From Phoronis australis (taxonomy: Eukaryota > Animalia > Phoronida), in contig NMRA01000278.1 in assembly GCA_002633005.1 (NCBI GenBank), positions 401,873 to 465,872 on the forward strand: 64,000 nucleotides of DNA, in the 5' to 3' direction. Shown here one piece after another: positions 42,801-57,800 of this stretch (within the stretch, counting starts at the first letter, position 1; the number at the start of each line of letters is the position of its first letter). The notes under the pieces were generated by a model, which was given only the letters and a program-made list of their open reading frames with translations, did no database searches and was not told the origin of the DNA. The position numbers were made by a program, and so were the translations under genes.

Positions 42801-45800
42801 TGACTGTGTTAGCAAATGGTAGCATCACCAGTGGAAGAAACAATGTTTCAACCTTTATCTACTTGACCCTTCTATCTAAAATATCTTGAGAACGTATTCC
42901 TTTCATGTTCTCAGTACACTAAGCAGCTGTATGACCCACTTAACTATTTGACTAGTCTCATCCTAGATTACCACACCGCCATCCTCATTATGCACCCAGT
43001 TATCTTCAATCCTGTACATCTGAATGGTACTTCGAACTGAAATTTCTAGGAAAGTACTACTTACTACAAATGCATCAAAAATATTCTCTTTCTAACGCCA
43101 AAAAAATTTAACAGAGCTCCTGACAACATTTGTTACTAAATCAAAATACCACAATCAACCCGATTCATTTTTTAAATGAAATAATTCCCACAGTATTTTA
43201 GCCAGCATCACAACTCCCATGCACATTGTCTACCACACTGCTGTAACAGTCCCACTAACATGGCTTCAACATGGTCAGCCATGTATCATAGGACAGGCAA
43301 CAGAAATTACAGATTTCGGAATCACAAAGTTGTTGCATGTCAGTGATAAGGAGACATCAAATCCATCATACTCCACACAATGTTACAAAAGCCATTTTTG
43401 TGACTATTTGGAAGAGCAAAGTCACAAGGCATGGCACAAACAAATGCATTGTAAAACATATCTATGAACTCAGTGATAAGGAATTTGTCAAATCATCAGT
43501 TTATACCAACTTGCTGTTTCTTTACTCTTGTCTTTATTGAATCCTAAGGAACTATGTCTGAACAGTAGAGAGACTAATTATATACTAGGTATCTACTGCT
43601 GTAACTGCCAAGTTCCATAAAAATAAGAACTTAAATCAGTGCTTGTTATATTAAGGGTTGATGGTGCTCATAATTCTTGAATAAATCTACTGACAAAGTA
43701 TGAGACGCCTTGGAGGATGAGTTCCCATTGCACCAAAGTGGCATGCTGACATAAAGAAATTTGACAAGCTGGGTGATGTGCGATGTGTCGGTCTTTACCT
43801 CAAATGTCAAATGCAGCTCAGAAGTGTTTGTAGGGGTAAAAAAACAGCACTTCTTAGACATATCTTTAATAACAGTTGTTAACATTAAGATGTCTGACTA
43901 AAAGACAAATCTAAAACCAAATCTTAATCTGATGGATAAGTAATGTGACAAAACTATTAACGTACCGACTTTCAATGGCAGAGGTCCAGCCATGAAGCGC
44001 CATTGAAACTCGAAGAATGTTATGTCCTTTGTTGGCACAGGAACTTGTCCAGAGAGACAAAACTCAGAGTTCCCAGGAAACTCCCCTCCCGTCCCAAATA
44101 CAGCTGTCACTAGGTATTCCACCATGTTCATCTGAAAAAAGGACTCGACTATTGACTCCCCTGGTGGTCATTCACAGAACCAGACTCTTTGCAGCCATGT
44201 TGCTTTCGGTGAATTTTATTTTCACATATTTAAGGCTATATTTAAAATAAGGATCAAGAACTACACCAGAGAATATTGTATTATTTAGCAAAAATAACAA
44301 AAATGTTACAATACAAAATTAATCTAAGTAAAGCAAGTTTAATAGTAATGCCACATTGGCTTAAATATTTTGCACATCTTATAAATTTACCGTTTCTAAA
44401 GTATGAGGCAACTTCATACCATAAGAAAAAATCTCAACAACATTAAGCGAAAGATTTTTACAGCTTGCTTCAACACTTACATTCTCAGAAATGGCGTCTC
44501 GTATCTCATTCATTAGCTTCATAATCTCAGAGCTCTTTTCTCCGCATAGAATGAGCTCCGTCGTCAAATCAACCAATGGTAGGGCCTGCATGCCTCGAGC
44601 ATTCAGAGCATTGTCAACTTCATCATCTGAAACATCAAATATCAAAAAATGATCTTTAAGATAAAATATTCAAATCTAACACGGTAAGATTTTCTCAAAA
44701 TCATTATATTTACGGCAACATCTCTTCAATTTTATCCACAACTAATCGCAGTGACTATTGACAGTAAGCAGACAAAAATCATTGTAATATAGAAAAACTA
44801 CTGAGCTTACGGATTTGACATATATCCATGCATCAAACGTTCTACAGTCAGTGACAAACACTCCGCATAACCTGCTGTCTTAGCCGTACAAAGGGTCAAC
44901 TAGTGCAACGCTGTAGTGTTACATATTACACAGCTACACATTTAACCTTGATGTGACCTTGCTTTTCATACATGTAGTTTATGATCCTTGGTATTGACAC
45001 TATCTGTTCACTGATTAGGATTTAAGATTAAAACAAAATGACAGTTTATATATTGTTATATCTACTATTTAATTATGGGACAAACCTCACTCAATCTGTT
45101 ACATAAACCAAAGTTAAACTTTCTCAACACAAGTGACAAGCGTAACGAATTGCATTTAAACAATTTAAAACATGCCTACCATTATTAATTGAACATTTTA
45201 AGTTCATGAATGGCGGGATCTTGAATGTAATGTTCTTGAGGATGAAGGTGTCGGGGATACACGTGGTCATGACGGAAGAACAGAGCTGCGACTTGCCAAT
45301 CAGATAGATGTGACTACTGTTGGCAGTCACATTGAACTGAAACCTGGCAACCATAGCTTGCATTGTAGTGCTAACATCCACATCAATCTCCTTGATTTTT
45401 TCTGAAATGCAAGAGAACTGGTGTGTTTCAAACTCTGATATTCTAAAATCAAGTTCAAGTGATACTGATCAGGGTTTTAAGTAATTTTTGTTCCTTAGAA
45501 ACAATTATTTCAGATGTAACAGTAGAACTTCAGAAACTCAATCACAGTCATCATCAATAGACCGTGAATAAGATGAAAGTTGAACTAAGAGTTACGTGAC
45601 AACAGTTATGATGCTTTCCGTATTAAATTTATTGAAAGAGAACAAATGAGCAAGAAAAACAAATTTGCTGAAAGTGCTTTAACACCAAACAATAAGCTCA
45701 TGAGAAACAAGGGCAGTAATTATAAGAATTCTAGAAATAATCTACGTTTAGACCATGCTTATTTAAGCTAAGCACTTTACAACTAGCCTTTAAAAAATGT

Positions 45801-48800
45801 GAAGTGAAACACGTGCACATCTGAGTCTCAGTCAAAGTAGCACCCCCTGGTGGCTTTTTGTAGATCAGATCCAATCTAGAAGAAGAGGGGTTGTCCTCAG
45901 GCAGAAATGAACTCGACGACACTACCTCCCATTTTTATACAAAATAAAATAATTGCAGGCGGTGTGGTACACGTTGTACCAGACATGAGCAGGCTGCGCA
46001 TGTGGGCCCATTGCACTGATCACCTGGAACCGTTTTTGTGCTTTATCAATATATAGTCAACTCTGACTCAAACCCACAACCTCGAGAGAGAAAGTGAGCA
46101 CCTATCACACTAGGTCACACTGCCTCCTCCTACCTCACATTTGCCATGTAATTATTTTAACTAATGACTGAACTAATGAGTTGAGATCAATGTGTAGATG
46201 TTTATAACACAGTTACCGACCTGCGAAGGTCATTTCCATCGTTTTCTGTGCAGCTCCTACACCAACTTTGAATACCATCTTTGGCCCACAGAGGTCAACA
46301 CGGGTGTCCAATCTCACCCACTGTTGGAGACACATGTACTTGACGGGCACGGCGCATGTTAAACCCATGCAGTCAAAGTGAGGCTCACAGTAAACGTTGT
46401 AACCAGTCATGATTCCGCCCAAGAAATGGGGACACTCTAAAATGATAATCCAATAGGGTTTTAAAAAATGCACTGCCTCATTAATGAGGCATGGAATGTC
46501 AAAGCTCATCAAAAATATCTTTTAAACAATTCCTGATGAAAGTACAATCTCGCAACATCAAGTACAGAGTAATTCAATTCCTCCTGTGAGAAAATTTCCA
46601 GAAAAAATCACAAAATTCATGATTTCTGAAATACCGGCAAAGGAAAAACTCTGTGGTTACCACAGAGGTTTTAATCTCCCTCTTACTTATGATAAATGCA
46701 TACATGTGCTCATAATCAGTTACTTGACGTCGCTTGAGGTCAAAGGTCACATTTTTATATAAGGGAAATGTGCTACATCTATGTCTTGCCATACCATATA
46801 AGGAGACGTGCTTTGCCTTGTGGGAGAAAAATCAACAAAGTGGTGAGCAGTTAACAGGACGCTTTTTTGAAATTTTGAAACTAAAAGAAATGCTTTGATG
46901 TCAACACAGAATAAAAATATTTACGAACAAACCCTAAAAATATGTTGTGAGCAGGATGAATTCTGATTCAGTGGCAGAGAACCACTTTCAATTAGTTTGT
47001 TTATCACGTTCCTGGCCACTTTAAGCAATATCTTTGAATAAAAGCAAAGGTCGATTTATGTGGACATGTATAAGATAAAGAATTGAAATCAATAAATAAC
47101 TCAAGACAATTAACCCACAAAACTTTTAATCATTTTTAAACTAAATTTAATATCAGATGTAGTACTCAGCTTTCTGCTGCTACAGAACAGTTTTGTGTCA
47201 ACAACTTCACATCCCATTCTTGTGCAGTTGCAGTCTGTGTAAGATCAATAACATAGAACTAGCGACACTTTTTGACAATTGTAAAAACTGTTACACTTAC
47301 TTCCGTAAATCGCCTGGAACAACTTGTTGATTAGTGCTCCTCTGTACCCATAGGTGTCCTTGCCGTACTTGCGTAACTTTCTGTTGATACTACTGGGTGA
47401 CCAAGTGACCGGGTTTGTGACTGGAAACTTGTCTACAACATAAGGGTCAAGTGAAAGCCACACAGTGGGTTGGCCTTCAAATACTCTTTCTCATTAACTA
47501 AAAATTAAACACTTTCTCGTTAAATCCAATTCAGCACCTGATGACCTCTTATTTCCAGCAATTGGTCTGTGAGTGGTTTATACTTAGAATAAAAATAGTC
47601 TTGCTCAGGAAACGTTGTCTTAACACAGTTTCATAATGCGACATAAGTGGAAATTCGTTTTTGGGAATTTCATTAAGGCATATCAGCACTCAAAATTTTA
47701 CAGTGAACAGTTGTTCCAGGGACAAAATGGGGTTCAACATTCGTTCCTGAAATTGGATACTCCGTTGAAAAGCATTTAATAAGCATCAAGCACAACTAGG
47801 ATCACGAGTCAAACAGGGAACTCATTCAGTACTGCACAGGAACAAGTGGCTGGGGCTGAACCAAGTCACTGGATAAACCCTCACCTTGGCACACGACAAA
47901 GCTTCCCATGCAAAACATTCACGCTAAACACTGAAACAATGCTAAATTATGGAAGTTAGAAGAATGTCACAGACCCATTATTTAAAGCAAATGCCTATGC
48001 GCTATTAGTCAATTTCAAGGTTGGCAAACTCCAAAAAATCAACGATTTTCCAGTGTCTATACCGATCTGTTTCTATGTTTATCTTGGTATCACAAATCAA
48101 TCCAATCCCGATAACCAACATTTTGAAATTAGTTTTATCATAAAATGACTAATTCCATTTCCATTTTTCAACCCTGCCAAATGCAACACCACATCAAATA
48201 TTTCAACGATGACTAACCACAAATATGTCACTCATGACTTTCATTACGGAACACGCCATACCACCACAAACTGTCTCTCGTTACCATAGCAACAAGTGAA
48301 CCTAAACTCACCAGCGCACGCTTGGACCTTGGACATCACAATGCTCAAGGCGTCAACTCTGTCCACCAGTTTCTTCTTCTTGAACAGATCCACAACAAAC
48401 CGTAGCGTGTAGTGACCAACGTCAAATCTTTCAGCAATTTTCCAAATTTTCGATGTGCTAAAAGGGCAGCAACAAAAACAAATTGGTGGCGCTATCGTTC
48501 TTATCTACGCTCGATGAAATGAACATTTTAACTGAATCTGCCTCAGAAGTTGTATAGATTACACCTGACACAACAGCTCCACCTGTTGGTTGACAGCAGA
48601 TGCACAGTATGAAGTCAACAATGCTAACATAAAACTATGGTTCTCTATTTATTTTAACTGAAAACTGAGTGTTCCACAAAATAAATGTAACCTTTAGTTA
48701 TATCTTATGAGTCAAACAATGAGGGTCACCGGAGAATAGACTCTCAACTAAAAGTGCTCATCTCGATTAAGCCAGACAAAGGCTCGAAACACTGACCAAA

Positions 48801-51800
48801 TACATTTTCACATTTCAGCTATATGGAGATTCATTAAGATGGGAAAATTTTATTCAAAACTTATTCAAACCAGAACTATCAACCATTAGTTGTGATGGTC
48901 AGTTTAAAAGCTTAACAGTCTCAGGCAAAGATTGACTACACCAGTTCTAACATTAGGTTCCTTGTGACCAGAATCCAATGGCCGGATAACGTAAACTACA
49001 GCACAAGGCTATTGCTAGATTACAGCACCTGTTAGAGGGCAAACATGACACTTACTCTCCTTGTAATAGAGCTTTGACATCACTGACAAAATCTATCACA
49101 CCTTTCAGTTGTTCAGACAGGGGGCGCTGAGCTCGCATGTCGACATCGGCGGGTCGGTAAGGCGGCTCAGGGGCACGATACCTGGACAAGAAGAAATGAG
49201 ATGAGATCACATGAATACATGTCTGCTCACACGAACACCCGTCCGCTCACATGAAAACACGTCTGCTCACATGAAACACATCTGCTAACTTTTAGCATCT
49301 GCCATTTGAGCAGAAATTTACCAAAGGTTAAGTCATGACAGATTTCAGAAAATATAAATCGACAAGACTAGAGGAAAACTCCCGAAAATAAACTTTTCAG
49401 CTCGAATGTATTGAAAACAATGTCACAGTGACATAATAAAATTGTTGATTTGTTGGACCTGTAGTTTTACATCAATTCAGAAATGTTGTGCATAATAATT
49501 AGCCATCTTTTTTTCTTTTACGGTCAGGAAACAAAATTAGATAACTTCAACAAAGTTAGATAACTCTTAATGAAATTATAAGGCAAGAAAAATAACCATT
49601 TATTGAAAAGTCAAGAATTCATGTCATCTGGCCAAAATTGCAAGAATCTTGCTTTCACCTGTTCGAGAACTCTCCCTGGCTCCGCTGCATGTCGCGTTGT
49701 ATCTTGGTTTTCTGGTTATCCTTCTTGTCAGCAAATGCGCCCGAGTCGGCGGTCTTTAGCAGATGGGTCACAATACGGTCATTGCATTCCTGAACAACAA
49801 ATAGTAACAGTGAGAAATCAATAAACAGAAGTGCATCAATCATCAACAAACATTTATCAACAAAGACCATCAAAAAACATTAAACAAAAATAGCATGTAA
49901 CAACAAAAATCCATTAGATAAGCAAAAGACAGTCATAAATGAGTGAAAGAGCATCACAACAGACAGAACAAACCTACACCCTTGAATATTACTATCAACA
50001 CTTGCCAAATAGAACCTCAAGAGGGGGGACCGACCACAATTTCCAAATGAGAAACTTCCTTCAATAATTCTAGCAACAGTATGCTGGTGTCAGGGCTCCC
50101 TGGTTCCTAAATCCGCCGATGACATTCCATGATTAGTAACAGTAAGATACCCATGAAGTAGCTGCACACACTTTCAATCAATCTGATACTCAAAGCAAAG
50201 TCTTTAGCATGTTGACATGAACCGGCCGACCACAACTGCTCCAAGATATTGCTGAACCTAAACTGTACAGGACATTTTAGTCCAGCATGTTGCCAAATTT
50301 GTTTGACAAAATGGCCGTCATTAAGCAAGTGCACCGTTAAACAAAATGAGCATTAAAAAAGATCATCATTAAACAAAGTTGCATCGTTAAATGAAAGACC
50401 ATCTGATCCAGTAAACAAAAGAGCATCTTTTACCTGGACCCATCTGGGAACGAGACTGACGCGTTCTGTATACTTGGTGGGGTCGATCCACTCGCCGGGC
50501 GTGCGCAGTTCAGAGACACGTGATGAAAAGCTCTTGCTACGATACCTGCTGGACACTTTGCGCATACTCAGAAACAAGAAGTTGTGCTCCGTATCGCCCG
50601 GAGACGTACCCATCCTGCCGATACCGTCTCCTGCCTTCAGCGGCTTACCCGTCGTCGTCACATTTCTATTGGAAAAGACAACCATTATTACAAGACAGCT
50701 GTTCATCTAACTATGATTTCAACCGGTTTTAGGGCACAGCTGTGAGGTTCTTTACTCATTATCTCTGCCACAATTCCCATTGTTAGATCACAAGAAGCAG
50801 TATTAACTCTCCAGTTTGCAAATGAATTCAATGTAAAACCAACATTTTACCTTCTTTACAAAACTTTAAAACATTGCAGTTTATGCTGTGCTCAGTAAAC
50901 CAAGTCTTGTTTACAGCAGGGTTACATTTATTTAACTTATTCAACCTATTTAATAGTTGTCCTGATGACCATGGGTTTTAGCAGGTTTAAAACAAGAAGA
51001 GACTTGAAATGTAATTCTAAATGTAATTTTGCACATAATTCTGCATGTAATTATATCATGCGACTAAATGAACGTTTCTCCCTCTCCCTCACTTAGTCTC
51101 TATCATCAGCCCCCCCTCCCCCTGTTGGTGAGATTTTCCATTAAGACTTATTCAACAATCAGACAAAAACTTTTTTATGCATTCTTAAGATTACCTGGTG
51201 CTCCGCTTAACGTTATATAAAAAGATAACGTATTTACGAAGGCTGGAGCCAGAGGGCTCAATGCGTATCCTCTCACGTGGTAGCTTCTCATAAATGTACG
51301 TGCCTGTCACTGGGGCAACAACCTACAAATAATAAAGATGAAGGATTATTTCTGCTGCCCGGGCGTAACCCACATTTTCAACACAGGGATATGCAAGACG
51401 GAACAATATATAATAATTGAATGATGCAAATAACAATAGTGGCTTCCATTATACAATACATTGTTCTTCACTAATGGCATGAACTGCTTTGGTATTCTCT
51501 GGATCCTTACAGATGGTTCTAAATATGCGGTAAATGAAGAAAAATTCTGAAAAACAACTGAATCGTTCACTATAAGTCTCCAAGTTAAGAATGATTACTT
51601 AAGCGTTCAAGGCAATCAGAACGGATGATTTGATAAAAAAGACACCTTTAACAATATTTTTGACAGCATAATATTTATCAATAGTAGATGCAACAATATA
51701 AACAGTCATTTTGTTTTAATCTTACAGCATAATCAGTGAAGAGATAGCGTCAAATAATCCCAAGGATCACAAACTAAATAGTTAAGGTTACAGGTGTAGG

Positions 51801-54800
51801 TGTGTAGGTGTAAGACTACAGCGTTGCCCTGCCCCTTTGTACGGCCAAGACAGCAGCAAGATACTCACTATCTTTAGTGACGACATTTCTGACATTAATA
51901 CGACACGTTTCAGACTCACCAATAGGAATACAAATGCAGTCGGATAACATTTTAAAAAATTTTGAAGCTCTAGGATCTTTTCCAAATCAAGTAACCACGG
52001 GGGAAATTTGCGCTTGAAATTCTTACACAACTGTGTGTTTCGATTAATGTGTGTGCTTCAACAACGGCTTGTATGCTCCCAGAATTTGAGAAGGATTACA
52101 ATTAGCCAGGTCCATGTGAATTTGTCAAAGTCCTTTAATCAGTAATTTACAATGCTACATAAATGTGGTCATTATTATTTCATAAATTTGGCATTTTAAT
52201 TTTATTTGAAAGGGTACAAAATGTCAAAATGTGCCATTTACTAAACAAGCTAATACTGATAACGACAACTTGGTGTTGCAGCTTCTTTCATGTTATGGTC
52301 AACAATCAATATTCCACCAAGTGAAAACAAAGCAAGGCACTTTTGAAATACAGGCACGGCTATATCCAAGAATGGGTAAATTATTTCTTAAAGTTACCAG
52401 TTGACCAAACAACAATGAGCAGAACATGGTTGGCAGTACATCACCTTCTGGTGCGGTGAAGCCAACAGTAATGAGCAGAACATGGTTGGCAGTACATCAC
52501 CTTCTGGTGCGGTGAAGCCAACAGTAATGAGCAGAACATGGTTGGCAGTACATCACCTTCTGGTGCGGTGAAGCCAACAGCATGATGCCAATGCCCTCCG
52601 TCTTGTTGCTGTACTCGCCCTGGGCTGTGCTCGGGTAGTTGCCAGTACCGTATTTATCGTCAGCGTTACGTCTTGTCTTGGGGAACGACTTGTGAAACTT
52701 GGGACCAAATAGTGCCTCAAATATTTCTAACGCTTTGTTTGCGCTAAAAAAGAAAACAATCAAAAATTTTTGCATTTATGGAATGAAGAAACACAATCTA
52801 CATGTAACCAAAGCAACAATGGTAGCACGACAGTTCCATCAGATCTAAAAACCAATCCTGATGTAGCCAGTGGAAATTATAACTGATTCAACCTAAATTC
52901 CATGTTGACGAGCGCCATCTATTGGTCAGATTGTGACCAAGTCATGGACTTTCCAGACAAAACTGTCATGATATCTTAAGTTTGTTTTTGTTTCTGTTAT
53001 GCTTTTATAACTTTTAATTTAATGAACACAAACACTTTCAAGTCTGGTCTGCACACCATCTGAAAAAGCCTGAAAAGATTTCTGCCCCCCAGCCGGGACT
53101 CAAACCCACAACCTTCTGCTAACTGCGCAGACGCTTTAGCCACTGAGCAAACAAAATGAGCAAACAAAATATCTCAGTAGTTTGAAAAGTTAAGGCATTA
53201 ATTATCCCAATCATTGTTGTAAACGATCACGATCAATATTTTCCCAAGTGTTTTCTGGTGGCAGTGTACTATAACAAATGCTAACAAAGAATATACTTAG
53301 ACACAGTAATGTTGAGAAATTTGACAAAATAAAATTCCACACATTTGACATCTCATGTCCTAAACTGACCTTGTGTGCTAAAACAATAAAAAGTTAAATG
53401 TTTAATATAATTTAAGTGTGGGATTATGATCCAAAATTACTCAAAAGTACAGTAATATTACAATGATATAATATTACAATGATATAATATTACAATGATA
53501 TAATATCAAAATGATATAATATTACAATGATATAATATTACAATGATATAATATACAATATATATGGGCTGGTTCTTCGGCATCTAGGCTATATGGACCG
53601 TGGGCAACACTGTAGCTCTTGGCCAAAATGTTATTAATACGAACACTAAATCTTCTTTCCTCTGATTTCTTTGCCTGTCCTTTAGTTGGCATATTTTACC
53701 TCAAATTCACTATCGTGAGGTCGCTTGGTTCTCAAAGTCAAGAGGTTATGGTTTTTGGACTCTGTGTAACTGATTGGTTCGTTCACAAATAGCAACACCT
53801 CGTCACTTGAATGAAAAGTGATGTTACTGACTGCACAACATCACTTCACAATGGAAGTCATTGTACGGCATTTTACGCAATTAAAGGACAGAAGTATCAC
53901 TTTCTGTGTAACGTGATTACGCGTCCTACATTAGACGATACTTACTAAGTCTTAATCGTGTCTATACTATACTTAATGTTGTAGTAAGACAGCAGGATAC
54001 TCTTGTACGTGTCGAACAATGGCTTGGCTAGATACTCAAATGGCTCCAGCAAGTTGAGTACAGCAGAGATGAACTTTAGTCCCACCTCTTTTTGTTGTTG
54101 TCCCTGAAAATGAAGAGAAAAATGTGCAAGAGAACACCTAGCTGATGTGATTCTCCTCACTCCTTCAATGGCTGCACAACCTATACTGACTACACACTGC
54201 GCTACCACTCATAGCAATACAAACCCTCCTGTTAGGTTTCACAGTGGTTACTAATCTGAAGCACAATCCAGACATCAAACTAGCAGCCCTTTGTTAACCC
54301 TTGCCATGCTCCATATGTCAGGCATCATAAATCGTAGGCCAATTGTCTACCAAGATTTGCGGAACTAAATGATGAAGGAAAAACCGAGTGAAACTTACAA
54401 TGCACTCTACTTGTTTGAAAGTAATAAGATTCAACATCTCTAGCAAGAAGTTGTCACTCAGAAACAACGACATGAACGAATGGAGGCAGAGTTTGATCAG
54501 TTGGTCCAGCACAGTTGGCAAAATTGTTTGGTGGTAAGCAGTGTCTTAGGAACTGATGGTGAACTCACTGATGGCATGATTGTATTGCTTGATGGGATCC
54601 AATGTGAGATCAGAAGACTGGAAATTATACATTGAGTATGAGCAAGTCTATATCAAGCTGTCCAACAAAAAGTAGTTGATTTCAAGCAAGAGTGACATTT
54701 GCAAAACTCACCGTCTACGCAGGAAAGGCACTAACTGGGGATGGGCCATTATATTTCAAGTTGCAAAATTTAAAGCTCGTGTCAATAAAATCAAGAACCG

Positions 54801-57800
54801 TAGAAATCTTGATAGAGATGTCTAGTATGTGAATGAGAGTTTGACAATGTGTTGAAGAATTGTTTATAAGGCCGTCAGGTTTTTATATGCCAAGAAAAAG
54901 TTAAAGAGTTGCTAGGCACACGATGGGAAATTATTTTTAGAAGACAGGCTCGACAAGTTGCACTCACTCGATACCCTCAAGCAGCTGAACACGGCAGTAG
55001 TCAGCTAAACACGGTAGTAGTCAGCTGAACACGGCAGTAGTCAGCTGAACACGGCAGTAGTCAGCTGAACACGGCAGTAGTCAGCTGAACACGGCAGTAG
55101 TCAGCTGAACAGGGCAGTAATCAGCTGAACACAGCAGTAGTCAGCTGAACACGGCAGTAGTCAGGTTTTGACCAGCAGGGAGTCTGTTGTGAACAGGGGC
55201 AGGGTCTAGTGTGATTTGAATGACAATAACATTGCCATGGAGGTGAGAGGTCAGATGGCTTCTGGCTTTCTATTCATGCTGTTGATACGACGATCAATGA
55301 CATATTTTGGTACACTGTTGAGTTCCATGTTTGTATATTCTGCCTGTTTGTAAACAGTCATTGTGATGTTTCATAATAGTCTCAGCTATTTCCTGTTTAC
55401 TTCTTTTGTAAGTCATGTGATCAGAAGTCTGTATTTCATTTTTTTCATTCGTTGAATAGATGTATTATTTTCATTTGTTGTTGGTTTTGTAAACAAACGA
55501 CACGTAATCTTGTGATTTGAGAGACAAATGCTGTTTCTTTCTTATTCGTCTTATCAGCATTCGGTTGAATTTGAGATCTATCTGTGGGAGCTAGTTAATT
55601 AGGGTATCATGGTAAAATATTTAAGTAGTACTACGTTTTTGACATTTTAGAAAGAATAGGCAGTTTGATATACTTGGAAATAGATGGTAAAAATTTTCCC
55701 ATGTTGTGGAAAATTAAGTGACCATTGAGTGAGTGTAAGAAGTAAATTAATTTAAAAAATACACGGCCTCTGTGACAATCTTCATTTGGACATTCTAACT
55801 AATTTACAGCATTGCAACCATCGTGAAGGCAGAAAAAGTATTCCTAAGTTAAAATTGTTATTTTCTAGTCTTCAGCAAAATGCTAGAGTTGCATTTTGTT
55901 TTGATAACCAACGAAGTGTTACCAATAACATTTGAAAACAATTCTCAGGTTACTTTCTAGTTTTTCATCAAAAAAATTTGATTAAGGTGACTTGCCAATA
56001 AGAATTTTGACTTACCGTATGTTTCTCTTTATTCAGATTAGAAGTGAACTTAGGATTTGGCAAGAACTGATATTTTGATGTTTCCTCCGACCAAGCTCAA
56101 GCTTGAGCCTGGTGAAATTTTATGAGCCTGTTCTCTGGCAATAAGAAACTCTGTTCTCTAAAAGACTGAAATCACTTGAAATTTGACTAAGGAACAATTT
56201 ACAATCGGTATATGGCTTAAATCAACATTTTTAAATGAAACCAGGGTTTAATGCCACTTTAACAGAAAAATTTGAACTTTTCTAACCAAGAAAGAAATGG
56301 TTTGAAATTCATCCAACAATGAAGACGGTCCACATCAATGAACGTCCAGCAGCGTCAACATCACTTCTTGCCTATTACTGTAAGTTATAATTACCATTTT
56401 ATGAAGTCCTATTGCTGTAAGTTATACTCACCATTTTCTTAAGACCTGTTGCACCATAGCCAACCTTGAGGGGAGTGTCATCAGTGCTGTAGATGGCGAT
56501 CATCTTCCTGACTTCAACGATGGCAAAGGCTAAGTCAGTCTTAAGGGAGGCCAAGTCTTCTCCGGGGGTCATCCAGTACGGCAAGCGACCATCTTTGATA
56601 GGCATATTGATTTCTATACGCTTCTTGGCACCCATCAGCATAAACATTGCCATGGCAGCCCTGTAAGACAATTTACTACCATCACCAATATCACCATATG
56701 AACCAATACTGGTCCTTTATAACCACGACCAGCATCATCGTCACGGTTACGCTGCACTGCCTTTATGGTTATGGTAACCACTATAGCTGTCGTTAGTCAT
56801 CACCACCTTGGTTTTTGGTGTCACCATCGCCATATTCGTCATGGTCATAATCGTTATTGCAGTTGTCATTGTCATTAGCGTGATCATCACAACCATCCTG
56901 ACCATTATCACCAATTTAACAACACCATCTAGTGTCAGACTTATTGATTTCAAGTTTATTGATCAAGAGTGGTTTCAGTGATCTCCGCATTTGAAAACTT
57001 AAAGATGTCGGGAGCGTGCAAATGCCAACAAACGTGCCAGAAACAATTGATTACAATTGGCCTTCAATGTCAGTTTCAATGGCCTATGGCCAATTAAGTT
57101 CGATTCAACTCATTATGTTCTTGTTAATGATCCCGACGCTATTTTCCAAACTGGTTGCTATTTTTTAAACAGGTCACTCAAATGTCTCTCAAGGAGAGAC
57201 AAACAGGTCGCGACGAAATGTACTTTGTGCTTCAGTGGCAAGCAAGGACTCTCCAGCGAAGTATTGAATATCTACAGCANTCTAAAAGACTGAAATCACT
57301 TGAAATTTGACTAAGGAACAATTTACAATCGGCATATGGCTTAAATCAACATTTTTAAATGAAACCAGGGTTTAATGCCACTTTAACAGATGAATTTGAA
57401 CTTTTCTAACCAAGAAAGAAATGGTTTGAAATTCATCCAACAATGAAGACGGTCCACATCAATGAACGTCCAGCAGCGTTAACATCACTTCTCGCCTATT
57501 GCTGTGAGTTATAATTACCATTTTATGAAGTCCTATTGCTGTAAGTTATACTTACCATTTTCTTAAGTCCTGTTGCACCATAGCCAACCTTGAGGGGAGT
57601 GTCATCAGTGCTGTAGATGGCGATCATCTTCCTGACTTCGACGATGGCGAAGGCTAAGTCAGTCTTAAGGGAGGCCAAGTCTTCTCCGGGGGTCATCCAG
57701 TACGGCAAGCGACCATCTTTGATAGGCATATTGATTTCTATACGCTTCTTGGCACCCATCAGCATAAACATTGCCATAGCAGCCCTGCAAGACAATTTAA

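Noticed and set aside
53084-53150. Functional tRNA gene
   Set aside because: Degenerate B box, no acceptor stem, SINE-like continuation
56690-56953. Thr/Met/Val-rich ORF as a gene
   Set aside because: Low-complexity degenerate trinucleotide tract inside an intron
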